A stretch of 63,050 nt of DNA, filler included, from Octopus bimaculoides (GCF_001194135.2; 5 parts of 4 records of this genome joined end to end with filler, not necessarily neighbours in it), one strand, 5' to 3'. Shown: positions 25,161-36,952, counted from the whole stretch's first letter. Notes: generated by a model from the sequence alone, not told the origin. A program made the numbers and translations.

Positions 25161-25819
25161 ATGTATGTATGTTTGTATCCCTTTAATTGCTCATCATTCT
25201 CTTATCTAACTTGTGAGACTAACACACTTACATATGACGCTAATGAATATTCTGAGTCAAAATAACTTTTATGGCTTATAATTCTTTAAATTTTTCAATA
25301 ACTTTTCAAATCGTATTACATACCCCTCATGTTTCCATACTTTGCTGTGATCCTCGCCTCACTAAAGGCCTCAAGTCCCCTACTGCTATCTCTCTATCTC
25401 TTGTGTGTGGTAATGATGGCCATTGTTTGTTCATGATGCGCCCACCCATTTCCACTCCCACCACCTCTACCAGAAATCTCTTCTCTTATACCAGAAACCC
25501 CTACTGGGCTCTGCCTCACTCCTGTACCAGAAGACTTGCATACCGCCGTCCCTCCAATCCACCTACTTCTTTCTCTCTATACGTAATGGACTAACCAACA
25601 GCAGCTCATTTACTTAACATTGGCATATTTGCAGCAGTAACACTTATATTTACAAGGCTTACACTGCTGTCACCCACAACAGAGGCAACTGTTTTTAACA
25701 TATTTGAATGATGATAGGTTTAAGCAATAGAACTAATATGATGTGTCTCTATTATCAAACAATCACAGAAACCTTTTTTCAGGTACTGAATAACAAGACT
25801 CCTTCCTATGTTCCCTTCC

Positions 25820-28800
25820 CAGTTTTCAGAGTAAGCACTATCAATGTAGGCACATTAAAAGACTATTGAGATGCAAAGGTAAGATGGAAAGGAGCTTCAG
25901 CCAGGTTCCTCACAGGGAAGGCACATGGGTATAAAATCTGGGAGGGTAACAGTGATGGAGTAGATGCAGAGAAATGGGCGGATAAGGTCATAGAGGTAGT
26001 CAGAGTGGGCGATAGAGAACTTAAGCTTAGGCTAGTCTTACAGAATAGTATAGTGACAATTATCCCTGCCTATACCCCTCAAGTGGGTCTACCAAATGAA
26101 TAGAAGGACCACTTTTATGATATTCTTCTGAAGGCTACCTCCAAGACGAGTGACAATGATCTCTTCATATCAGACGGTGGCCTGGTATCTTCCATGGTGT
26201 TCATGGGGGCCATGGAATTGGTTGCCGAAATGAAGAGGGAACAAAGCTACTGGAGTTCTGTGATGCAAATAACCTATTGATCTGCAACACCAACTTCAGG
26301 AAGCCAGCCAATCACCTGATAACCTATCAATCAAGTGACTACACTAGCCTGATTGATTTCATTCTCACCAGACAGCGAGATGTATGGTTGCTCATAAATG
26401 CAAAGACCTTCCTTGGTGAAGAATGTATTCGCCAGCATAGACTAGTCATTAGTGATTTTAGATTCTAAGCCAAGAATTAAACCAATCTGGAAAAGAAGGA
26501 TTTGGTATCTTAAGGATCCTTCTTGTGGTCAGAGATTGAGGGACATCCTGATTGAGTAATTTGATGAAAGGGAAGAGGAGCTACAGACTTGTGACATAGA
26601 GGGCAACTGGGAATTCCTGAGGGATAGATTGCTGAGTACGACAGACCAAATCCGTGACTGGTGCAAAGTCCCATCAAGATCTAGGGTAATGTGGTGGTGG
26701 AACAATATGGTAGACAGGACCATTAAAAAAGAAGCAGGTCTGGAAGAATGGGGATAGCAGGGAACTGTATCAGATTACCAGAAGGGATGCTAGGAGACAA
26801 GTATGTCTAGCCAATGGAGAAGCAGTTCAGAAGTTTGCCTATGTTCAGTGACATGAGGACCAAAGACTTGAACGTTTTTAGATTTCAAGAGTATGTGTGA
26901 GAGAAAACCATGATGACAAGGGAAAGAAATGAGTTCATGTGGATGATGGTGCACTTGCATGTAATGATTCTGCAAAGAAAGAAGCTGGGAAATGCCATTA
27001 TGAAAGACTGCTGAACATAGAGAATGAGTGGGAGGAGGAGAGTTTAAAAGTTAGAGAGAGAGTCATAGCCCAACCAATTAAGGGGAGAATTAGTAGCTGA
27101 TACCTAGGCGACCAAGTCTGTAGTGGGGGTGGATGCTCTGATAGCATAGCTGCTAGAATAAGAATAGCCTAGACAAAGTTCAGAGAGCTCCTACCTCTGC
27201 TGGCAACAAAGGGCCTCTCTTTCAGAGTGAAAGGCAGATTGTTTGATGCCTGTGGGCAAACAACTATGTTGTATGGCAGTGAAACATGGTCTGTAACAGC
27301 CAAGGACATGGGTAGGCTTGAAAGAAACGAAGCCAGTATGCTTCACTGGCTGTGAAATGTCAGTGTGCATATACAACAGAGTGAAAGTTTTCTTGATAGA
27401 AAAGTTAGGCGCAGGAGGCATCAGATGTGGTGGTGCAAGAGAGACGAATGTGCTGGTATGTGATGCATATGACAAGTCCTATGATGTGTATGGACAAGGA
27501 CAGCTGTGTAAAGAAGTGCTGCCTTTTGTAGAGGTAGACTCAGGAAGACATGGGATGAGGTGGTGAAGCATGATCTTCGAACAGTGAGCCTCACAGAGGT
27601 AATGACTAGTGACTGAGACCTTTGGTGATGTGCTGTGCTTGAGAGGACCCATCAAGTCAAGTGCACCCGTACTGCTGGCACGTAAACAACAACTCTTGAG
27701 CATTGGGCCTCACGGACACAAAGTAGCTGAGTACCTTATGAGCGTTGGGCTTCAAGGAGGCAAAGTGTCTGTACTCATTTTGAGCGTTGGGCCTCATGGA
27801 GGCAAAGTGTCTGTACTCATTTTGAGCGTTGGGCTTCAAGGAGGCAAAGTGTCTGTACTCATTTTGAGCANNNNNNNNNNNNNNNNNNNNNNNNNNNNNN
27901 NNNNNNNNNNNNNNNNNNNNNNNNNNNNNNNNNNNNNNNNNNNNNNNNNNNNNNNNNNNNNNNNNNNNNNNNNNNNNNNNNNNNNNNNNNNNNNNNNNNN
28001 NNNNNNNNNNNNNNNNNNNNNNNNNNNNNNNNNNNNNNNNNNNNNNNNNNNNNNNNNNNNNNNNNNNNNNNNNNNNNNNNNNNNNNNNNNNNNNNNNNNN
28101 NNNNNNNNNNNNNNNNNNNNNNNNNNNNNNNNNNNNNNNNNNNNNNNNNNNNNNNNNNNNNNNNNNNNNNNNNNNNNNNNNNNNNNNATGAGCGTTGGGC
28201 TTCAAGGAGGCAAAGTGTCTGTACTCATTTTGAGCGTTGGGCCTCATGGAGGCAAAGTGTCTGTACTCATTTTGAGCGTTGGGCTTCAAGGAGGCAAAGT
28301 GTCTGTACTCATTTTGAGCATTGGGCTTCAAGGAGGCAAAGTGTCTGTACTCATTTTGAGCGTTGGGCTTCAAGGAGGCAAAGTGTCTGTACTCATTTTG
28401 AGCGTTGGGCCTCATGGAGACAAAGTGACTGAGTTCTTTTCAAGCATTGGGCCTTACAGAGGCAACGTGGCTACATTCCTTTCGAGTGTTGGGCCTGATG
28501 GAAGCAATGACCAAAACCTTTGGCATTATGTCTTGCTTGAGAAGAAGACGCATCAAGCCGAGGAGAATCAGTCATAGCAGATACTGGTGTCATGCAAAGT
28601 GGCACCTGTGCCAGTGGCACATAACAGTACCCCACTATCATCAAAATGGCACCCATGCTGGTGGTCCATAAAAGTACCCATTACACTCTCGGACTGGTTG
28701 GCATTAGGAAGGGCATCAGCCGTAGAAAACCATGCCAAATCAGACTGGAGTCTGGTGCAGCCTTCCAGTGTGCCAGCTTAGTCAAACCGTCCAACCCATG

Positions 28801-28835
28801 CCAGCATGGACAAGGGATGGTAAATGATGATGGTG
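25820..28835 (+). mobile_element. Decayed RTE-clade LINE: APE endonuclease, RT core deleted, C-terminus and 3' UTR present
   Basis: APE motifs: FRVSTINVGTL, AYTPQVG, RNEEGTKLLEFCDANNLLICNTNFRK, LIDFILTR, QHRLVISDF. The sequence jumps near 27050-27095 to YLGDQV, then LYGSETW, then the 3' tail. Many stops and frameshifts. Confidence 0.9.
27696..28512. repeat. 42-bp minisatellite inside the LINE 3' end (TGAGCGTTGGGCTTCAAGGAGGCAAAGTGTCTGTACTCATTT)
   Basis: At least 12 visible units on both sides of an N gap. It reads SVGLQGGKVSVLIL in one frame. Confidence 0.95.
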
Positions 28836-28840
28836 ATGAT

Positions 28841-28919
<79 letters not shown>

Positions 28920-28921
<2 letters not shown>

Positions 28922-29036
28922 AGGCAGAGAAACGATATCAAATCAGAATGGAACCTTGAGCACCTTTCTGGCTTACCATTTCCAGTCAAATGGTCCAACC
29001 CATGCTAGCATGGAAAGCAGATGTTAAATGATGATG
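28920..29036 (+). mobile_element. Terminal ~115 bp of the RTE LINE tail
   Basis: CAGTCAAATGGTCCAACCCATGCTAGCATGGAAAGCAGATGTTAAATGATGAT. Confidence 0.75.
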
Positions 29037-30590
29037 AGAGTGTAGTGGGTGCTTTTACGTGCCTCCGGCATGAGGGCTAGTCAGGCGGTACTGGCAACAG
29101 CCATGCTCAAATGGTATTTTCCATGTACCATTAGCACAAGTGCTAGTAAGACGACACAGGTAATGATCACGCTGGAATGGTACTTATTGGCTACGCTCAT
29201 GCTCCGATGGTGCTCTTAGCACTCCACTAGCAAGGATGCTAGTCATGTGGTGCTGTCATCAAATTTGATTCCGATTTCACTTGCCTCAACAGGTCTCCAC
29301 AAGCATAGTTTAGTGTCAAATGAAAGAAAGGTATGCCTAAATGGGCTGGTTACACCACCGGCATAGGCCATAGGTTATGGTCTCACTTGGCCTGCTGGGT
29401 CTTTTCAAGCACAGCATATTTCCAAAGGTCTCGGTCACTAGTCATTGCCTCTGTGAAGCCAAACGTTCTAAGTTTGTGCTTCACCACCTCATCCCAGATC
29501 TTCCTGGGTCTACTTCTTCCACAGATTCCCTCAACTGCTAGGGTGTGACACTTTTTGACACAGCTATCCACATCCATTTGTACCACATGACCATACCAGT
29601 GCAGTCGTCTCTCTTGCACACCATATCTGATGCTTCTTAGGTACAACTTTTCTCTCAAGGCACTTATATTCTGTCGAGTATGCACACTGACATTACACAT
29701 CCATCAGAGCATACTGGCTTTGTTCCTTGCAAGCTTACGCATGTCCTCAGCAGTCACGGCCCATGTTTCACTGCCATGTAACATGGCTGTTCGTACACAA
29801 GCATCATACAGTCTGCCTTTTACTCTGAGTGAGAGGCCCTTTGTCACCAGCAGAGGTAAGAGCTCTCTGAACTTTGCCCAGGCTATTCTTATTCTAGCAG
29901 AGCATCCACCCCGGCTACTGACTTGATCACCTAGGTAATGGAAGCTGTCAACTACTTCTAGTTTTTCTCCCTGGAATGTGGCAGAAGTTGTTTTCTGCAC
30001 ATTCCCAGTATTTATAGCACCTGAGCATTTGCCACACACAAAAAAACTATCTTCCCAGTTAACCTGCCTTTGATATTGCTGCACCTCTTATGTGTCCACA
30101 GCTTACACTGGGTACATCTTATAGAGTTTCTACCTAAGCCTTTTCTACAGATCGAGCAGGGCCATCTACCTGAAGGGGTTTGTGTTTTGTCTACCTTCCT
30201 GCTTATTAGGACTTTGGTTTTAGCTAGGTTGACTCTAAGGCCCTTCGATTCTAATCCTTGCTTCCACACCTGATAGTGGACTCAGCAATTAGTGCAAAGT
30301 CATCAGCATAGAGGAGCTCCCAGGGGCATCCTGTTTTGAATTCTTCTGTTATTGCCTGGAGGACTACCATAAATAAGAGGGGGATGAGGACTGAAACTAG
30401 GTGGACCCCTACCTCTACCCAGAATTCTTCACTCTACTCATTGCCAACCCTTACCTTACTGGCAGCATCTCTGTACATGGCTCGCACAGCTATCACTAAC
30501 CATTCTTCTATCCCAAGTTTCCTCATTGACCACCAGATAAGGGATCTGGGGACCCTGTCAAAGGCTTTCTGCATGTCAATGAAAGCCAGA
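29037..30590 (-). mobile_element. RTE-clade LINE reverse transcriptase, C-terminus and partial 3' UTR
   Basis: AFIDMQKAFDRVPR, ELLYADD, GLRVNLAKTK, YLGDQV, MLHGSETW, RRLHWYGHV, GRSRPRKIWDEVV; a few stops and frameshifts. Confidence 0.95.
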
Positions 30591-30592
30591 GA

Positions 30593-30858
30593 CTGACTCC
30601 TATGCAGGTGGCACGTAAAAAACACCATTTTAAGCATGGCCGTTGCCAGTACTGTGTGACTGGCCCTCGGGCCGGTGGCACATAAAAGCACCCACTACAC
30701 TCTCGGAGTGGTTGGCGTTAGGAAGGGCATCCAGCTGTAGAAACTCTGCCAGATCAGATTGGAGCCTGGTGCAGCCTTCTGGCTTGCCAGTCCTCAGTCA
30801 AATCATCCAACCTATGCTAGCATGGAAAGCAAACGTTAAATGATGATGATGATGATGA
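30593..30858 (+). mobile_element. RTE LINE 3' UTR and (GAT)n tail, directly abutting the inverted RT segment
   Basis: GGTGGCACGTAAAAAACACC...CCCACTACACTCTCGGAGTGGTTGGCGTTAGGAAGGGCATCC...GTTAAATGATGATGAT. Confidence 0.85.
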
Positions 30859-31042
30859 TATATATATATATATATATATATACTGCTACTACAGTGCTCT
30901 GTTTAATATTTCAGTATTTCTTGCCTAAACACCAAAATTAATCAAAATATTCCTGTTTTTTTTTTTTTAACTTTCAACAGAAAAAGGTTTCATAATTTTA
31001 TTTTTGTTGTTCTGAAATATTTGATTTCTATTTCAAATCTAG

Positions 31043-31176
31043 AATTGATCCCTGATACATGGTCACCAATGGGAGACGAGGAATTAATGAAAATTGTTCC
31101 AGTCACAAATGGACCAGAATATGATGACATCCAGGCCACTTTCCGTCGGAATTCTCCTTCATCTCGTATAATCAGT
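31043..31176 (+). CDS. Exon of a PARP-family ADP-ribosyltransferase (start of catalytic domain; PARP14/15/10/12-like)
   Basis: TCTAG acceptor. The 134-nt exon (phase 1 to 0) encodes (E)LIPDTWSPMGDEELMKIVPVTNGPEYDDIQATFRRNSPSSRIIS. Donor GTTTGT at 31177. It joins in frame to the next exon. Confidence 0.8.
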
Positions 31177-31548
31177 GTTTGTATTTTTACTTCTATTTAT
31201 AAACAATATTTGATGGTTTATTGTTTTAAAAATGTTAAGCGACGTTTTCTTTGCATAAAAGATTTAAATCTCATTGCATGAACCTATTTTAGGATGGTCT
31301 TATGTGTTTTTGGATATTCACAAGAAATCTTGGCTCAACAAAAATACCTCTGCTTTAACTTCTTGCATTGAATTGTAAATGCAACACCATTTTTGCTGCT
31401 AAACTATTGTGCCTTACCAAAATTTACAGTTGAATCAAAATTTGTATCAAAAAAACAGATAGGGTTGGGGTTTTTCACCATAAACATTATTTCCTTGTCA
31501 AAGAAGTGAATTGATTGTCTTTTCATAAATGTATTTCCTTTTCTACAG

Positions 31549-31726
31549 ATTGAGAGAATTCAAAATAAACCATTATACCAGAGATACCAAGCATTGAAAA
31601 AACAATTTGAGGCAGAAAATCCAAAGGTTAAAATTGAAGTTGATGGCCTTTGGCATGGTACTGCTGCAGAATCTGTTAAAAGAATAAATAAATATGGATT
31701 CAACTATAGATATTGTCATAAAAATG
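31549..31726 (+). CDS. Exon of a PARP catalytic domain carrying the HGT motif
   Basis: TTTTCTACAG acceptor and G|GTAAGT donor. 178 nt encode IERIQNKPLYQRYQALKKQFEAENPKVKIEVDGLWHGTAAESVKRINKYGFNYRYCHKN, matching IERIQN..L...Y...K.....LFHGT......I...GFNR.Y.GKN of mono-ART PARPs. Confidence 0.92.
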
Positions 31727-32686
31727 GTAAGTATATATTCTCGAAGTGGCAACAGTAGTGTCCTCCACCCACCCTCCATATTGGCCTGAGTTGGACAGAC
31801 TGTCACTGTCCACATTGGTCCTTTCTCACACAGAGAGGACAGAGGACGTAATGTTGCTTACACATTCCATGTTTGGCATCATTTCTACTGCCAGGTACCC
31901 TTCCTAACATCTTCTACTCTAGAGTAAACCAGGTGTATTTTATTATTGTGGAATCAACACTTTCATTTGTTTTCCTTGCTGGATTGGGAGGAAGGGTCTG
32001 TCCCCATCCATTAATGTTCCTCTTGAACCTTTGTAAATGAAAATATTGCAAGAAAGATATTAGAAGGGGTGGAATTCCGGAGGGATAATGCTATGGGGAA
32101 GAAGGACTAGATATAATGGAGGGTCTGCGGGACTGGACACAAGTATCAACAAGGGAACACCAGGCCTAGCAATCACCATTCTGAGTTTGTCAATTATAGA
32201 TATGCAGAGATAATCGATACAGTGTTATTAAGTCTCATTGAAATATTCAATGTCTGCTACGGCCTAGAAATTGGTTAAGGGACATTTAATAACTGAACAG
32301 ACATTTGTTAAACCAGCAGTGGTACCACCACAGAGTTGACTCCATTTAGATATCTCAAATGATCCTCTCTCACTAACTCTTTTATCCTCTTTTTGGAATT
32401 AGATTTTGATGTGAATGGTGAATATGGATATGGGGTGAGTAGAAGAGTGGTGTTCCACAAAATGCCATCCAAACAAGTTCAATGGTAAATATTGGCAAGG
32501 GACAGGCTTTTAATATATCTCTTCTGACAAAGTGTTTGGAACTATTAAATGCTTGCAGAGTTTTAATGACATACATCTGTCAACTGACATGAGACTCATT
32601 CTGGAAGTTTCTGTTGACATTGCTGGGTACGTAATTGGGAGAAATAACCCTGCTTGGACATCTCTAATCTCTATTGTTATTGTTTG

Positions 32687-32725
<39 letters not shown>

Positions 32726-32849
32726 CACACTAGCAGTGTAGCCCGGCGTTGCCCAAGAAATTTAATTGATTTTAGTAATACTTGAAATCGATCTCATTGC
32801 GTTCTTCTCGTACTGATGTATAAATAACTTACATATAAAACGGGTGAAT

Positions 32850-33376
32850 GTGGCAGAAAAATGTATATTTGGCACATTGTAGCTCAATTGAACAACATGT
32901 TATCTTGGGTCAAATGAGATGGTCTGGGTGTGTCATTAGAATGAAAGACGAGAGTTTGCCAAAGCATCTTTTTTATGCCTGGAAAGGAAAAATGATTCAG
33001 CACTCTGAACTTAAAAGGGCCTGTCGTAAAGGAACAATTGGGACTGTAATCAGCAGTGAACATTGGATATGTATTGTGTGTGATTGTTCTGCTGTCAAAA
33101 GCAGGATACGTGAATCATATGAAGTCACATGAAAATCGAAATGCCCAAACTGGTAATAATCTTGGACACCAACTGCCTCCTACAACTAGTGTCATGTGTC
33201 ACAAAACTTGTAAGACAATATCTGGATTTAAAAGACATATGCTAGTTCACAAAAACATTCCTTCAGAATCAGGTTCCAAAGGGCAAAGACATAGAAGAAA
33301 CTTGAATACCTGTCACTTATGTTCGAAACCCTGTCAGTCAGCAGCTGGTCTTAAAAGTCATCTGAGGGCTCATTAA
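32850..33376 (+). mobile_element. RTE-clade LINE 3' coding fragment with C-terminal C2H2-type zinc fingers
   Basis: SIEQHVILGQMRWSGCVIRMKDESLPKHLFY (RTE C-terminus) is followed by ..SKAGYVNHMKSH, CHKTCKTISGFKRHMLVH and CHLCSKPCQSAAGLKSHLRAH*. Confidence 0.8.
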
Positions 33377-33577
33377 TGGATGGATTGTGCTGTGTGATGG
33401 GGTGTGGTGTGTTGATGGGACAGCTGTAGTCTGTCAAGATGAAGCAATAATCATATATGTATATATCACATATATATNNNNNNNNNNNNNNNNNNNNNNN
33501 NNNNNNNNNNNNNNNNNNNNNTTAATTAATTAANNNNNNNNNNNNNNNNNNNNNNNNNNNNNNNNNNNNNNNNNNNN

Positions 33578-33679
33578 AAAGTCGACCTCGGCAGAATTTG
33601 AATTCAGAACGGTAAGACGGACGAAATGCCGCTAAGCATTTTGCCCGGTGTGCTAAAGATTCCGCCAGCTCGCCGCCTT
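33578..33679 (-). mobile_element. SINE family A, 5' half (rest lost in the gap)
   Basis: AAAGTCGACCTCGGCAGAATTTGAATTCAGAAC...CCGCCAGCTCGCCGCCTT. Confidence 0.9.
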
Positions 33680-33688
33680 CTCATCCAT

Positions 33689-33896
33689 TATAATCCTTTC
33701 TAGTATAGGCACAATTTGTGGTGGGGTGAGTCGATTACATCGACTCCAGTACTCAGCTGGTACTTAATTTATCGACCCCAAAAGGATGAAAGGCAAAGTC
33801 GACCTCGGCGGAATTTGAACTCAGAACGTAGCGACTGGTGAAATACCGCTAAGCATTTCGCCCAGCGTGCTAACGATTCCGCCAGCTCGCCGCTTT
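33689..33896 (-). mobile_element. SINE family A, near full length, flanked by a 9-bp direct repeat
   Basis: CTCATCCAT at 33680-33688 and 33897-33905 flanks the element. Confidence 0.9.
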
Positions 33897-34658
33897 CTCA
33901 TCCATAAGAATGGAAGCAAAAACTAGTTAGGGCCTACATCAGTAACAAGGGTAATAAAAACCGAGAGAGTCTATAGATGTCAATAACTTTGGTTTCGGCT
34001 TTGAAAGAAAATGTGTTACACTTTGTACTCACATCCTTCGATAAACTTGTTTACTAGGAGTTTATAAAAGTCGAAGTCAGAATTTTTCGCAGTTCGCAGT
34101 TATCAATGGATTTTTATATAATTATATATGGTGACAATAATCACAATATTGCTAATTATAAAAGAGACGTTGTATCGTTTTTAGACGCCATACACTACAG
34201 TTTCAAAGTCAACTCACTTCATTAATACCACTAATAAACCTTGAGAAAAGTTTAGATAAAGTTATTAAACTGTCCTAATTCTGCTTATCTCGGTGTTTAG
34301 CCTTGCTGGTAGATAAGTCTATCTTGGGATTTATTCATAGGGGAGGGATTTGAACTCAGCACTGCAAGCTCATGAAACATTCATCGGTGTTGCATTAGTT
34401 GAACAGACGCACACATGTTCACACACACGCGCACACACACCTACACACACACACACATACATGGAGGCACGCACATACTCATTCAAGCACAGATACAAAC
34501 ATATCTTCACTCAAACACGCATGTACATACATTTTATCAATGAGCAAGAATTTTGTAAAAGTAGACATGAATGTAATTATGTTGGTCTATCTCTCTGCCT
34601 GTCTGTTTGTCTGTCTCTCAATCTCTTCCTTCACCGCATTCTCTCTCTCACTCTCTCC

Positions 34659-34700
<42 letters not shown>

Positions 34701-34896
34701 ATATACACACACATGTGTACATACATTAAGCATTATCTATCCATCTATCTATCTATCTATCTATATATATATATACATATATATATATACATATATACAT
34801 ATGTATGTATGTATAGATTGATAGATAGACAGATGTACACATATATACATATTTATGTATGTGTGTGAGTGAATATATATATACACCGTGTATGTA

Positions 34897-34927
<31 letters not shown>

Positions 34928-35413
34928 AATGCAATCAGTTTCGAAAATCAAAACGGAGTTATGTCGCCCGTAGCTAGAGTTTCTCTGCGAAATGATACTA
35001 CATATTTTCGTCGATTCGCTGAAGCAGCTCCGTCTTATTGGTAGAATGAACGAGAACTATTCTCTGACAACTAGAAAAATATTCTGAAAACGATTCTCTC
35101 TTTTATTAGCCCCAGGTGTATTCATTTTTTTCCCCCTTCGAATAAAACACAACCGAATTTCGAAGCACTCCACTATCACGTATCATACAACTCGGTTTGT
35201 GTGTGTCTGCGTGTATGTGTGTGTGTTTGTGTAAATTTTCTTCTAAGTTTTCCATTTTTCCATGTCGTACGTATTCAGTTTATTAGAGCTTTTTGTTTTA
35301 AGCTATTTTCATTTGTAAAGAGTTCTTCTCCAGAAGAAAGATTTATAGATTTATCTGCACATTTGCTAAGTTCATATATTTATAATAATGCTCAGGTATG
35401 TGTGTCTATGTAT

Positions 35414-35478
<65 letters not shown>

Positions 35479-35765
35479 NNNNNNNNNNNNNNNNNNNNNN
35501 NNNNNNNNNNNNNNNNNNNNNNNNNNNNNNNNNNNNNNNNNNNNNNNNNNNNNNNNNNNNNNNNNNNNNNNNNNNNNNNNNNNNNNNNNNNNNNNNNNNN
35601 NNNNNNNNNNNNNNNNNNNNNNNNNNNNNNNNNNNNNNNNNNNNNNNNNNNNNNNNNNNNNNNNNNNNNNNNNNNNNNNNNNNNNNNNNNNNNNNNNNNN
35701 NNNNNNNNNNNNNNNNNNNNNNNNNNNNNNNNNNNNNNNNNNNNNNNNNNNNNNNNNNNNNNNNN

Positions 35766-35900
35766 AGGAAAAGAGTAGTCGTTTTACGTTTCGAGCATAG
35801 CTCCTCTTCGGAAACAAGAAAAACAGGAAAGCCCAAAAGGAAAAGAAGGAAGGAGGGGAAAAATCGCTGATAATCCACGTGCGGGTCCAATTGTTACTGT
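35766..35900 (-). mobile_element. Penelope-like terminal repeat relic with a minimal hammerhead-like motif
   Basis: Minus strand 35817-35779: TTGTTT CCGAAGA G GAGC TAT GCTC GAAAC GTA AAACGA. Confidence 0.55.
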
Positions 35901-35944
35901 ATATCAACTTCCATATAAATGTATGAGTATACATTGTGTGTATG

Positions 35945-36182
<238 letters not shown>

Positions 36183-36952
36183 TACAACTATATCTGAATG
36201 CACACTCGCACACACATGCATGCTCTCAATACACACACACTCGTGCACACACAAACGTATACACACACACATACATGCACGTATACATAGAGAATACCCT
36301 GCTGAGTGTTGGAGATAATATTTTGTTTCAGTTGGATAATAATAGGAAACGCCGCCCTCCTTGTTTATTTGTTTATATATGTGTGTGTGTGTGTATACAC
36401 ACATGTATATTTATATAGGTATATATATATATNNNNNNNNNNNNNNNNNNNNNNNNNNNNNNNNNNNNNNNNNNNNNNNNNNNNNNNNNNNNNNNNNNNN
36501 NNNNNNNNNNNNNNNNNNNNNNNNNNNNNNNNNNNNNNNNNNNNNNNNNNNNNNNNNNNNNNNNNNNNNNNNNNNNNNNNNNNNNNNNNNNNNNNNNNNN
36601 NNNNNNNNNNNNNNNNNNNNNNNNNNNNNNNNNNNNNNNNNNNNNNNNNNNNNNNNNNNNNNNNNNNNNNNNNNNNNNNNNNNNNNNNNNNNNNNNNNNN
36701 NNNNNNNNNNNNNNNNNNNNNNNNNNNNNNNNNNNNNNNNNNNNNNNNNNNNNNNNNNNNNNNNNNNNNNNNNNNNNNNNNNNNNNNNNNNNNNNNNNNN
36801 NNNNNNNNNNNNNNNNNNNNNNNNNNNNNNNNNNNNNNNNNNNNNNNNNNNNNNNNNNNNNNNNNNNNNNNNNNNNNNNNNNNNNNNNNNNNNNNNNNNN
36901 NNNNNNNNNNNNNNNNNNNNNNNNNNNNNNNNNNNNNNNNNNNNNNNNNNNN

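Noticed and set aside
27696-28512. The 42-bp array (and the 18-bp and 20-bp arrays) read as CRISPR-like arrays
   Set aside because: They are head-to-tail tandems with no unique spacers and no cas genes, in eukaryotic DNA.
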